DNA of 63,668 nt, filler included, from Lenisia limosa (lineage: Eukaryota; Protista; Breviatea): the NCBI GenBank assembly GCA_001655205.1. It is 8 parts of 8 records of this genome, joined end to end, with 100 filler letters (N's around TTAATTAATTAA, not from the genome) between each part and the next. Parts side by side here need not be neighbours in the genome. Positions count along the whole stretch, not along the records: positions 24,777 to 39,283 come from LPNZ01007598.1; 7 more parts are not named here. One strand, given 5' to 3'. Below, one piece after another: positions 24,793 to 37,482 of the stretch; position 1 is the first letter of the stretch; each line of letters begins with the position of its first letter. The notes under the pieces are model-generated. The model had not been told where the DNA came from. It did no database searches and was given only the letters and a program-made list of their open reading frames with translations. The translations under genes and the position numbers were made by a program.

Positions 24793-27700
24793 GGCTACGA
24801 CGTCGGGCCTGAAGTGTACTATCTTGGCTTTATTAGGTGGGCTTGACACCCATCATTCTATCCATTCCTCCCTTCATCTATACCATCCGTCATGCTTCCT
24901 TCCTCTGATGAAATATACCTGTGCTCATCACATCCCCTCACCATTTCCAAACATTCATACATTCCAAACCCCCTCACCCTCAGATCATCCCAAAAGATCC
25001 AGGGGCGTACACGGCACCTTGGGCTAGTTATGGAACGCCTAGGTTGGCTGGGTTCTCTTCTCAGTATATTAAGTCGAAAGCCTTGCTCACCATCACGTTT
25101 AGATGATAATTTGTTGATAGCACAATTGAAATTCACCATTTCACTTCAAACTGTTTCTGGGTTCCATAGCTCCAATGCTCTTCATAAAATGCACTTTGTT
25201 TGGTTAACACAATTTTGCACACGTCGCATTAACCACAATCCTCACCAGGCCCGGCCCTCCAAGACGTGATGGTTAAAGATCGCAGGCCATTCGGAGTACA
25301 GCCTGCTGCTTGCTATGGGTCCAAGGTAGGGGGGGGGGGTCTTAACAAAGGTAATCCTCCTGCGCCCATTTTCCTCTATCATACCTTCCATAGCCTCCCC
25401 ATCTTAACCACCTCCTGTATTTAAAAGAACAAAAAAACAACCAAATTGTACTGACATATGCCAGATGCATAATATGATATGTCTCGCTGCCATAATATCG
25501 GTTTTCATTCGTTCCAGCTTGTGGACTGCTTCGAGCGCCTGCATGGCCAGGGCTGGCTCCACCGGTCAGTCAAGCCGCACAACGTCTGCCTCACCCGCGA
25601 CCTGACTGATGTGCGTCTCATTGACTTCGGCGGATGGTGAGGGGGGGGGTGGCAGTCTTAAGAGCAGAAGGGGTTCTTAAGGGTTTGTTACATTCTGCCC
25701 TTCTCACTGTGTCTAGTTTCCGTCTGTCCGACGTTTCGGGTGGCCATGTCTTCAAAGTGTTCAAGGGTAGAACAGCAAAATTCAGGTATACCCAATTGGT
25801 AGAGTTTTGGGTCCTTCATAAGCTGTGATGAGATATTCAATCAGAAAATTACTCCCTTGTTGTGTCAAATTTATAAGAGTATGTATGACGTGACACACTA
25901 CAGGTCCCCTTGGATGCTTCAAGGCCTTCTCTACCGCCGCCGTGATGACCTTACTGCTCTTGCCGTGGGGAGGGGGGGTGGTTTTGGTAGATGGTTTGCA
26001 AAGTATTGGGGAATAATATTGGAAAGTTTCTTTGTATTATTGTGCAATGATAATTTGCATTGTTTTGTATCATTCTTTTCCCCCTGATTGTTTACCTTTA
26101 TTCCTCACCCAGCTTATGATCCGACATTTGGTGTACCCGCTGCCCTGGCATGAAGTCATGTGGAACCTTGAGCAGCCTTGGAAGAGTGACTGGTTAGTGG
26201 ATATACAATAAATCAAGATATCAAGATATTGGCTTATTTTATCTTTGGGCCCTCAGTTTTGTTTTTTTGAAGAAAAAAAAAATTTTGTACGNNNNNNNNN
26301 NNNNNNNNNNNNNNNNNNNNNNNNNNNNNNNNNNNNNNNNNNNNNNNNNNNNNNNNNNNNNNNNNNNNNNNNNNNNNNNNNNNNNNNNNNNNNNNNNNNN
26401 NNNNNNNNNNNNNNNTGGAACGACGTATTTGGGCCGTACCCCAAGGAGTTTGGCCTGGCTTTGAAAGTGGCGCTCAAGCTCAACGCTGACTCCATCCCGC
26501 CTTATAAACGTGGGTTTGTTGAGACTTCCTTCTCTGCCTTGTTTTTTGAAGTTTGTTTCAATCTGACTTTTATCTAACTTTGTTTTTTCATTACCAACAC
26601 TACTAACAATATGAATAGCCATTATACAATCTCAGTACCGCTAATTTTCTTACCATGCAGTTCTCCGACGAATGTACGCAACCGTTACCGGGGGTNNNNN
26701 NNNNNNNNNNNNNNNNNNNNNNNNNNNNNNNNNNNNNNNNNNNNNNNNNNNNNNNNNNNNNNNNNNNNNNNNNNNNNNNNNNNNNNNNNNNNNNNNNNNN
26801 NNNNNNNNNNNNNNNNNNNNNNNNNNNNNNNNNNNNTAGAGTTGAAGGAAGTTAGTTTGTTTTATTGTATTGGACATTTTCAGGGTCGTATTAGGTTTGA
26901 AGGGGATATGATGGGTTATTCATACAAAGCAGAGTAGACTCACGATTGCATTTATTAAGGGATGTCTCAATCTTATTCGGAGCATTCTTAGTTTTATTTA
27001 TAGCGCGCATACGCAAGATACAGAGGAATGCTAACCGTTCAGGTACCTCTGGAAAGCCGTCGGAAGACCAGCCAAACGACCACGATGACTTCATGGAGTG
27101 GGGGGGGGGGGCGTTTTCACCTTCNNNNNNNNNNNNNNNNNNNNNNNNNNNNNNNNNNNNNNNNNNNNNNNNNNNNNNNNNNNNNNNNNNNNNNNNNNNN
27201 NNNNNNNNNNNNNNNNNNNNNNNNNNNNNNNNNNNNNNNNNNNNNNNNTGTATTTTTTATTATTTATTTTTTTTTCTTGTTTTTTGTTTTAAGTCCCCAT
27301 TGTCACCCCCCCCCCTAGTCTTGGCACTATTGTGAACCGCGACATGGATCAGCTACCTGAGGGTGCCATGGACAACTACGCCGCCGAAGAGGAGTACATC
27401 ATGCCGGAAGAGGAGGATATAGTGGGGGGGGGGGAATAACATCAAGCGTTTGGGCATTTTCAACTCAAAATTCAATTTCACAACCGATAGAAGTTTTTCC
27501 TCCCATCTTACTCCACAGTACTCCTCCAGCAGCAAAAAATCCTCGAAACCTTCAAGCCCCTACACTTCAGTTGACGTAAGTGGGATAATACACAAACAGT
27601 GCATGTACCCCTGGATGGAAATTCCTTTATTTACAAACATTGTTTTAAGCTCAACAAGGGCCACAAGAATAAAAGTCCACTTATCACCACACCCCACTAA

Positions 27701-27919
27701 AAACAACGCAATTCACACTCCAGTACGCAACTCCGAAGGGAAAGAAGCCTGGCACCCCATCAAAGAACAATGAACTGGATGTGAGTGGATGGGGGGTGGG
27801 AGTGGAAAGGGATGAACTGGGGATGGGTAAATACTTGTCAACGAGGATTTGTGTCGCATTAACCTTTTTAGTTGGCTATGGCAGCGATGGGTGGTGATGA
27901 TGAGGATTTCACGTTCTAG
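24793..27919 (+). CDS. CK1-superfamily kinase-like protein, probable pseudokinase; N-terminus lost in the spacer
   Basis: Exons: GYDVGPEVYYLG, HLGLVMERLGPALQDVM, LHRSVKPHNVCL, VRLIDFGG, GRTAKFRSPWMLQGLLYRRRDDL, YPLPW, FGPYPKEFGLALKVALKLNADSIPPY. Matches CK1 features (MELLGPSL, SRRDD, LPW, P.EF..Y). Acidic tail ends GGDDEDFTF*. Confidence 0.8.
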
Positions 27920-28164
27920 TACAAGAGATGTGTAAGGGGGACCATTTGAATCTTTATTAGTCGTTAAACTGATATGGATTAAGTTCCTTTTTCAAGTATA
28001 CAATTAATATACATTGTTTCAATGATTGCTCTGACTGATTAAAGGTTGAACTTTGAAGAACTAGTATTTAAGATGTATATTTCGGGTGGAATGTATTTTG
28101 ATTTTGAATTGTGTTTTAGTTGGGTTTACAATCAAAACTAATGGGTTCTTACAAAAAAAAACAC

Positions 28165-28997
28165 ATGCCTGGTCGATGTGGAAGACAGTAAGAAATTGAA
28201 GAATAAGAAACAAAGTTAGAAAATAGATATAATCCAAAACAGGGAGATACAGCACAAGAAGTGAAGGACGTGTCCAAAACAAAAGGCTCCGACGGCGTGG
28301 ACTGCCCTGTCTATTTAGATGCAAAACACCATGTTGACTATCATGAAATATATTTATAGGTGAGCAACCACTGCCGTCCCACTGCCTGACCCCCTACTTT
28401 GACAGTCAGCAATTCAACTGTAGTATGACTCAAAAAACGTTCACACTTTATCAGCCGCCCCCCACCTAGAAGAACAATGGTACAGTGGAATTGGAAATGT
28501 ATTTGAATTGCGGAGCGCCCAGCAGGAATTTGAGACTATCACGGTAAGAAAAGAATGGCCCCGTATAAAGTTCCCTCACTAGTAGCAATATCGATAGTGT
28601 CTATTTGATAGAGTTTCTTGGTATACTGATTGTTTTAGAGGGGGGGGGGGGGAGNNNNNNNNNNNNNNNNNNNNNNNNNNNNNNNNNNNNNNNNNNNNNN
28701 NNNNNNNNNNNNNNNNNNNNNNNNNNNNNNNNNNNNNNNNNNNNNNNNNNNNNNNNNNNNNNNNNNNNNNNNNNNNNNNAATCTGATTCCATCAGTCAAG
28801 CCTTCAATGGTCAATATTTGTACAATGTATGTATGGTTTATTGAGAAAACTTCCCTCTCAACATTTCAATCCCATTTCTAAAGCAGGTGAAGTTTTCCCC
28901 AACGGGTGTCTATATTGTACACTTGGTGTCTTCCTATTATGCCCATGACCCAATGTCTATATCAAACTCAATCCTGAAGTCTAAGCCTTTAAAATAA
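28165..28997 (+). CDS. Small unidentified multi-exon gene (tentative)
   Basis: Exon-like segments PHLEEQWYSGIGNVFELRSAQQEFETIT|VKFSPTGVYIVHLVSSYYAHDP..PLK* join in phase 0; the 5' exons are uncertain. Confidence 0.35.
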
Positions 28998-29223
28998 GAA
29001 AACTTTCAGATGACCCTTCCAATGCCTTTCTGAAAGAGCCTTATTGTTTACTTCCACTGTACTGTGTAATATTATGGCACCAAATAAAGAAATTCAAAAC
29101 TCGGTATCAAGTAGTTGGTGACGAATTTGATCGAATTCCATTCATGTTATGTTTTTGAATTTTGGAAGGGAAAAACGATTCAATCGAATTAACATCACAC
29201 ATCACATCACATGTCTCATACGG

Positions 29224-32200
29224 TTAGAACGCAGGTGCCTTGAGGTGACCAGTTCCTCCACATTTCATACACATTGACGGGTGTCCCTGTGGTTTGAGGT
29301 CAAATTTTATCTAATAATGAATTTCAAACACAAAATCATTTGAGATGGAAATGTAGCACCACTCATACTGTTATAAGAAAGACTAATGACATAATCTGGT
29401 GTATCCAAGTGATAACACAAAGTCAACAAATGTTGCTTACATGAGTAGACACTTTACCAGATCCGTGACATACTGGACACTAAAATGTGAATAAAACTAT
29501 GAAATTTGTAGCCTTGGTAAATAGGTCATTTTTTGTGACTTCTACATAGTATACAGACAATACATAACTTAAAACTTAAATAACCATTAATTAGTTATGA
29601 TTCATGAAAAAAAATTGGGACACCAAGATTTGGTCGTGTTCCTCAAACCGCAACTTCACAAATATTAACTTTCCTCAAGCCTACCCTAGGGGTACCTGGA
29701 GGAAGGATTCCTTTACCATGGCAGCCAAAGCAAGTGCCTGTAATGTAACTGTTGTGATCTAATCTTACACCCAGCTTATTCAAAATCCACATAAAAAACC
29801 ACAGCGTATGTGTGTATTGTATGTACCAATCTTTTCAAAAGTGAATAATATTGATACAGCTCAAATAGGTTGAAAGTTGTGAATCAAAAGCAAACACATA
29901 TGAAATATGATTTGCTCCATTCTACGTGAACCTAGCACTAGACTACTTTCCTGATAACATTTTGACATATTATATATAAGATGTGTTTGAAAACGTGTCA
30001 GAAGATGTTTGAGACATACCTGAGGGAGTTTTACCAGACCCAAGGCACTGGTAGCAGTTAATGGTGTCTGCGGGGACTTGACCTGTTCCAGCTGGTGGAT
30101 CAAGAACAACATTTCAAGCTTAGAGATCATATGCATATCATATACATGATATAGTATATCGATATATGTATTATGTGAATAGTACATAATCCATATTGTT
30201 TAAAAATGTGATGATGTGTTGGTACTTCTAATTTCAACATATCAATGATAACCTACAGCAAGGCAGACAAGTCCCGTGGGCAGATTTGCCTGAAATGTTA
30301 ATTGGCAATACAAAAGTAGGTCTTTATTGCTTGAGATTTGGCTTTGCTTTGATTGTGAGTACCAATAGTGGTCATTTCAACATCATTTGTTTCAAGAAAG
30401 CACGGTTTTTGGTTCAAGTGTCCTCACCAGAGCCATGACAAACAGGACAAGCACGTCCGACATCACATTTATCGCCAGTCCAACTGGGAATATGAGATGG
30501 CAATAATATTTGAGAATAAAAAAGCAATGAGAAATAAAAAATAAGATTAATATTAATTCACCCAATCATTTGCCTTACAAATCTGTGCACTCAGCTTCTG
30601 CGTGCCTCCCCAGCACCCGATAATTAAGATATCCAGTATTCTTTTTTGCAAATATTTGGTAGCTTTGCGTTTATCGAGATGTGACAAGAGCAATGTAACA
30701 CTTACCAGATTTCAGTTGAACTGCGGCTGAATCCACTTAATATTTTTGCAATTGTTACAATAATAATTGATTTCCTTTTAATAACAGAAAAACAGCCAAC
30801 CCATGGAGGCAGCTGTCACATGCAGCTCCGTCATAGTGGGACAAGCAGCTACAATTATCCGGTCCTTTGCAATAGCCGTGCTAAACTGTAAACAGGAAAA
30901 CTTTGCATTATTATATTTAAGCAATAATGAAGAAGGTTGGAACTCAACTACCCGACAATTTTGGACTAACAACAGCTTTTTGCGGATATTGTTTATCATG
31001 AAATTTAAAACCAAACCAATTGGTCCGTTTGACATAAAACATAATCAAATGGTACTATCTTCATTATTATATCAAATACTGGAAAATTTTCTTATTCCCA
31101 TATACACAGTTTAAACCACACACCACGCAGCCTTGGGAGCAAATCGGAGTCTGACAGTTTGTGCCCTTCCAACCAGTTGCACAGTCTTTGCAGTTGCTAC
31201 CCTATGAGGTCAGTGTTTGGTCTAATTAAGTTGCTGATCCAAGTGTTGAGCTGAAGTTACCCAAAATTGGTTAAAGACATTCTAGATTTGTGATTCTGTA
31301 AGTAAAGCTGATATTCCTGAAGAAAGAACATTGCTTTAGAAATGACAACATACCACATGGTAAGCGTCGCATTTGCACTGATCTGGGGCAATACAAAGTT
31401 GCTTATTGCAGCCCCCAGAACATACCTAAAGAAGATAAATATCGCCGGATGAAGTAATTTCTTAATAAAACAGTGAGTTTATTGTATCTAAATATGTCAC
31501 TATGAATATACAAAAATAGAATAAGAAAATGTGTCAAAAACAAAGAAAATAAGAAAATGTGTCAATAACAAAGTACGATATATATAAAAAATTGAAGTAT
31601 CAAAATATTAGAACTGACTTGGTGGCATTGTTCTAGATAAGAGTACAGCTTTTACCATAAGAAAGACGCTAACCCAGCCATGACACTAATCCTATATGTA
31701 ACACCAAGCCTGATAGATCCCAATCCATAGATTGACATCTTGTCCAATTCTTTCAATGTTGTCTACATGTACATACATATAATATATGATATAATTCGAT
31801 CGGGGTAATATACTAGGGAGTTTGATAAAACATCCTTCTTAAATTTTTCAATATAAAATATACCAACAAACTGGAGAAGTACATTTTGCTCCACTCCACC
31901 CGTGAATACAGTCATCACATTTGCTTCCAGTAATTTTGGCGTTTTCTGAGTGAGTTAAACTCCACGTAATCCCAATATTACATTTTAACCCATATTTTGT
32001 TCTTACCGCAAGTGCAGAAAGTAGCTGGTTTGGTGCATGTTCCCCATTTGCACTTTGGACACGTGTCAATTGAGGTCCACTGAAACGTCAACTAAAACCG
32101 CCCCGCAAATTGGAGATAATAGTTTGTTCCAAACATTAACTAATTTTGTGTTCTCTTGTTATCATCTATACATAAGCCAAGAACAGTATGGATTTACAAT

Positions 32201-35200
32201 GAAGACTTAAATGGCTTCTATGACATTTGCTCATAACCTTTTTAAGTTATTCTAAAACATTGTATAATGGGCTGTTTCTAGAAAATAAAACTCTCTTCAT
32301 GAGAAAACCAACATTCTTGACCGCCTCATTGATGTAAAGTTCCAGGCTTTGCTGCAATGGTGACTAATAAAGAGATCAGATATTTTGAAAAAATCACTCA
32401 TAAGACATTAACAGGTAAGCTGATTTTTCAAATTCCTCAACCTTAGTAACTCGGAAAAAGGACATTCCCAATTGCACAAACCTCAAAGGTTGAACGTATC
32501 ATTTCATTTCCGACAAGGGCCGAAATGTCAGCAAGTTCAAAAGTGGACACGACAGGGGCAAATTGAAGGCCCAGTTTCCATGCTGATATGTCTTTCTAAA
32601 GTTGTCAACTCAATTTGAGCTTCTAGATGTAGCGGATACAGGATTTCATTTGCAAGAATTCAGTACGCAACCGTCGATATATCTTTCTGCATTCTTATAA
32701 ATAGGATATACAGTATGTAAGTCACTCTGAAAGCTTTTTCAGAGCACGGGGTTAAACTATATTTAATATCAAAAGAATATGTAACTGCGCTGGAGCAAAC
32801 AACCAAAATAGCCTTGATGAATACATCTTGTTGAGCTTACAAAGCAATCAGAGGCGCTGTCACCTCCGTCGCACCCCTGGCCTCCACTGTGATGATTTGT
32901 CACCCACCCTGCGGCATGAATACAATTGGCAATAGATTTGTTTGTAAGCAAGAATATACAAAATTATGAAAATATTGAGATACACAAATTTGATTTTAAT
33001 ATCATATGAGATATTTTACATTTTTGTTTTAGTTTTTGATCAAAAACCATTTTCCCAATCAAGACAACACAACACCACTCAAAATGTACAATCGTTTGTC
33101 CACTTTCCTATTGTCTTAAGGAAGCAACATTTTTACTTTCTTTTGTTTGATCAATCTGCTTTCTGCTACAAACCATCAGAATGAGGCTTCTTTTGTCCAG
33201 TTGTCAGCTCAATAAAGTCATTCATGGCTTCCACTTTGATTTGATCCACCTGAGATATCACAACTAACTTTGATGCATTCAGTTCAATGTTGCAGTTCAT
33301 TTATCTCATTAGGTTGTAATCTATTAATAGTAATAAAACAAAAACCTAAGATGAACTGCTACAACATTGCTTTCAGTGCACAGTTCAACTTGCCATCCAT
33401 GTAATATGTAATAAACACATCAACCTATACCCGTCTCTCACGGTAAATGCTTTTCCGTTCGGTCCAACAGGTTTATGGAGAATATCCGTGCTAAAAACCG
33501 AAAGTGCCTGCATGATTCCTCCGTCTGATGTCACTGATGCGAAGGATGTGCCCCAGTACTGGGGGGGGGGGGGNNNNNNNNNNNNNNNNNNNNNNNNNNN
33601 NNNNNNNNNNNNNNNNNNNNNNNNNNNNNNNNNNNNNNNNNNNNNNNNNNNNNNNNNNNNNNNNNNNNNNNNNNNNNNNNNNNNNNNNNNNNNNNNNNNN
33701 NNNNNNNNNNNNNNTTTCATCATTTTCGTAAGAAGGTGGAAGCGCCAAAATGGCTTGCTTGCAGAATCGATCCAGTTCAAAGTTCCATTCCTATAATAAT
33801 TATATAAGAATTCAATCTTGTGTGTGTGATTATGGTAATGATGATGATAAGACTTCATTACTCATCTATTATTTTATCCAGATTGTGATATCATCTTAAA
33901 ATAACAGTTATGTAAATACCTAGATAATATATAATAATGCTTGAAGACGACACATAGTTCCTTGAGATATTGAGCAGTACCTTGGATTTGGGGTCTCTTT
34001 GTAACTCAAGTCGATAAAGCTGATGGTGATTCTACAAGACAGATTAGCAAGACATACATCGTGTTATGTAGTTTTAATACCTCAATCTTTAACTTATTGT
34101 GAAAAGCAAATATTCATGAAGAATATATCATATGATATGATATGTAGTTTTAATACGACTTTTTTAGCGATTTTCATCAGGATTTTCGACGAACCTGTGC
34201 AACAGCCAAGCCGTTGTCTCCGAAGTACTTTTTATTTACAATGTCGTAGTTGGTTTCGTCAATAAATACACCACCCATTCCTGTAATTAGTAATTACAAA
34301 GTAGAAATTAATAGAAAATTCACCCGGTCATCGAAATAAAACATTTAATAAAAAGCTCACAATTATGGTTTCTTGAAAAATATTCCATTTACCAGTAATG
34401 TGATATTTCCATTACATCTATCAACTAATTTTATATTTGGTAAACCCCTTTTTACACTAATTCCGCCACTCCGTCCATCCACCCCATCCAACCAAGTCCA
34501 TTTTGGCCCCAAAGGAGAACGTTTTTCACAAAGTCACTAATGCTCTCGAAGACAAGCACCACCATCTTGGGGAGGTCCACACCCGTGGGTGATGGTTCAA
34601 AGGTGGCCTATTCAGGTTAAAGTTGTAATTGAAAAGTCAAGTGGGAGATACATACTATATGATATGATATACTATACATAATTCCTGTTACCAAATTTAC
34701 ATAAAAAGGTCAAAAAATACCAAGTATAATCATTATTTCTTTGATCCAGTGTGGATTTTGCAGATTGTAATCATTCTTATGAACTCATTTCCCACTTGGT
34801 CAGGAATTCTGAAGACTATTCCTTTGTAGTTTGTCCATGTGCGATTGTTGTCAAAACTTAGCTCCACCACTACAAACATAAAAACAACCAAAAATAGAAT
34901 CTAGGGGACAAGGGATTGATTTTCCGTCTAAATAATTGAATATCGGGTTGATAATAAGTTAAGAAACAGGATTTAGCGGTTGTTATGTATAATATGCAGA
35001 TATATATGTTACGTTGATACCCCCCACCTGGTAGTTTAATATGCCCGGATGCGATATCGATTCCCATTCCGACTCGTGCAGGCAAGGGCTAAACAAATTA
35101 GCAAAGGCTTATTCTCCACAAATGCGATTAATGTTTCACTAGTTTCAATACAACTCCAAAAATCACTATTGTTTTTGACGATTTCAAAATTCGGCTGACA

Positions 35201-37064
35201 TATTATGATTGTTATTTCCGATAAAGGTGATCCCACGTTGATAGCTTGGATATCCTTTTGTCTTTGGGTGCTGTTCGATGCGAACCTAAACCATCAAATC
35301 GAGAAAATTAATGATGCTGGTGGTTTAAGACGACTCTATAATTTAGTGTGTATGTCATGATCATGTTGTATCAAATAACTCCTTGGAAAACGACAGCAAT
35401 GTGTTTAAATCAACCAAATGTCTATTATGGAATGTTGCATGTTTGCGAACATATCGAGTTGATGAAGCAATTCGGCAGAAGGGCCTGATTTCCACTCATC
35501 GCAGAACTTCCCTGTATCCATAAACCAAATCAAGGAGTGGGGGCATTTGAATAGTAAGCTCATGGTTGAAAACGTTCTGCTTGTAGAAGAATTTCAAAAA
35601 CATGTTGCACGAATATATCATTATTCCTTCATCCTTGTTGTCATAAAAATGGATAAATTGAACCTACCTCCCCATCCGAGTAGGCAATCACTACAGGAGT
35701 TACATAGCTTGTCTGGTGTTCCACCATGTTTGCATAGCTCGGCTGAAGTGATTATGAAAAAAATGATCGAAGATGATCTATTTCAATCTATCATGAATTT
35801 TTTTATGAAATATAAATACTATCTGGATATATGATATATTTTTAGTACTATATGATATTATGTGTTACAATATTGAACTCAAATATGTCAACCCATATCC
35901 ACAAGGAATATAATCATATGACCGACTTCCAAGTCTAAATTATGAACGAAGATAGAATACGAGGAATCATATCACTGCGTGTAAAATGATCCACAAAATG
36001 ATATGATTACACCCAGTTAACTCACGGCAGTCAGGTGGGTTGAGCATTTCTTCAAAGGCATCGTAAACAGCTGTTGGTAGTCTTCAAGGGAATAAATGAT
36101 AATTAAACAAAACATCTGCTCTTCTTCTGGAGAAGTCCTTTTATAGAATCTCACAATATCTATCATACTTGATGGTGATTTTGATAATAATGTGTGAACT
36201 GAAACTAATTTATTAAATAATAAATGATATCATATGTTTCCTTTTACAGTTCCAGTTCGGCCTTATAATACAATGTGATGAGCATACCCCAGAGCCCGCC
36301 AAGACTCAGCGGTGATTGTACGCAAATGCGGAATGTCGGTGTAAAGGTTTGCCCTCAACTCCTTTACAATTGGTGCCATTTGCGAGTCATAGTCCCAGTG
36401 TCCCTGTGGGTAATGAATACAAATACCATGCTGGTGTTTTAAAAAGTAAACCGAAAAGAATTCGGATGTGTTACAACAAACACAAAACCGTCTCCCACAC
36501 TGGCTAACAACAATATGGATGAAGGGAATATTTATTCAGAAAGTAATCAGAAATGAATAATGGATTAATGAAAATGGATTTTATGAGGTCCAAACAGTGA
36601 AAATTCCTGTGACATTCCACCTACTTATTTCTAGAATCCCTAATCAATAGTTCCAAATATATAAGTACTATTATTTAATAGATGTGATCTCTTGTAGATC
36701 ATTTACCTAACTCTGGACTTGGCCTTACCTTCTCTGCAACTTTGTGAAAGAACTGATTTGGTAAGAAAGAACACAGGGTAATGTGGTAAACGTGGTAAGA
36801 TGTGCATTTTATGAAACGTGTGTACTGATTTAATTGTGTTATAATATGTTACGATGCTCAAATTATGGGCCATATAAGGAACACTGAGGTATCAATAGAG
36901 GCAGTGTTGTTACATAGTAGTGAAGGGATATCCGAGCCCAAAGTCCTGAAGAATCCACATACCTCTTCGAGGGTCATATGGTCATAGTCTGGATCAGCAG
37001 ATATAAACCCAAAGAAGATACCAAGCAGCAGAGCAGCCAGCAATGCTCCTTTCAGTCGGGGCAT
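29224..37064 (-). CDS. Secreted MACPF (perforin-like) protein: signal peptide, SAM-like domain, EGF, MACPF, EGF repeats, six CxxCxGxG motifs
   Basis: MPRLKGALLAALLLGIFFGFISA; VGMGIDIASGHIKLPVVELSFD..FRIPDQ; FELDRFCKQAILALPPSY; signature-like YWGTSFASVTSDGG; EGF-like CATGWKGTNCQTPICSQGC..HGYCKGPDNCSC; C-terminal CxxCxGxG repeats; TAA at 29224-29226. Confidence 0.75.
35890..36008 (+). repeat. Dispersed repeat family D
   Basis: AACCCATATCCAC..ATCATATGACCG..ATCACTGCGTG..AAAATGATCC is shared with longer copies at ~51488-51698 and ~59655-59795. Confidence 0.75.
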
Positions 37065-37482
37065 TGCAACTTTGATTGGTTGGTCCGGAGAATTCCAACG
37101 CAATGTTTTAGTGAAATGATAGTGAGTGTGTAGTAGTGTTTATTTATTTGTTATTTATCACCTATTATTAGATGGAGATATGGTTGATGATAATACGAAG
37201 GAAGAGGAGGAATGGCAATATGAGGAAGGAACAGACATTCGTGTCATAGATCATAGATCAAAAATTGGACGAAGTAAATGATATTTGAACCCCGCGTTTG
37301 GGTCAATGTTGGGCAGCTTATGGCTTCTTTCTATATTTCATAGTCATGAAGGATTGATAAAATGAAAGAAGTAGCCCGCCTTGGAAGTCACATCACATGT
37401 GATTAACGTTAACATTAAGAAATTTTGATTAGTAAAATCCAAAAAGGTACGAAAAGAATACATATTCAGAGTGAGCAGGGGT

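Noticed and set aside
25560-25600. CK2-alpha assignment from the VKPHN motif
   Set aside because: DFG rather than DWG, plus RRDDL, LPW and LG.ALQD motifs, fit the CK1 superfamily.
22840-27919. Apparent LIG1 DNA-binding-domain / kinase fusion
   Set aside because: The two halves are separated by an artificial spacer; the ligase catalytic domains and the kinase N-lobe start are both missing, as expected for two truncated genes.
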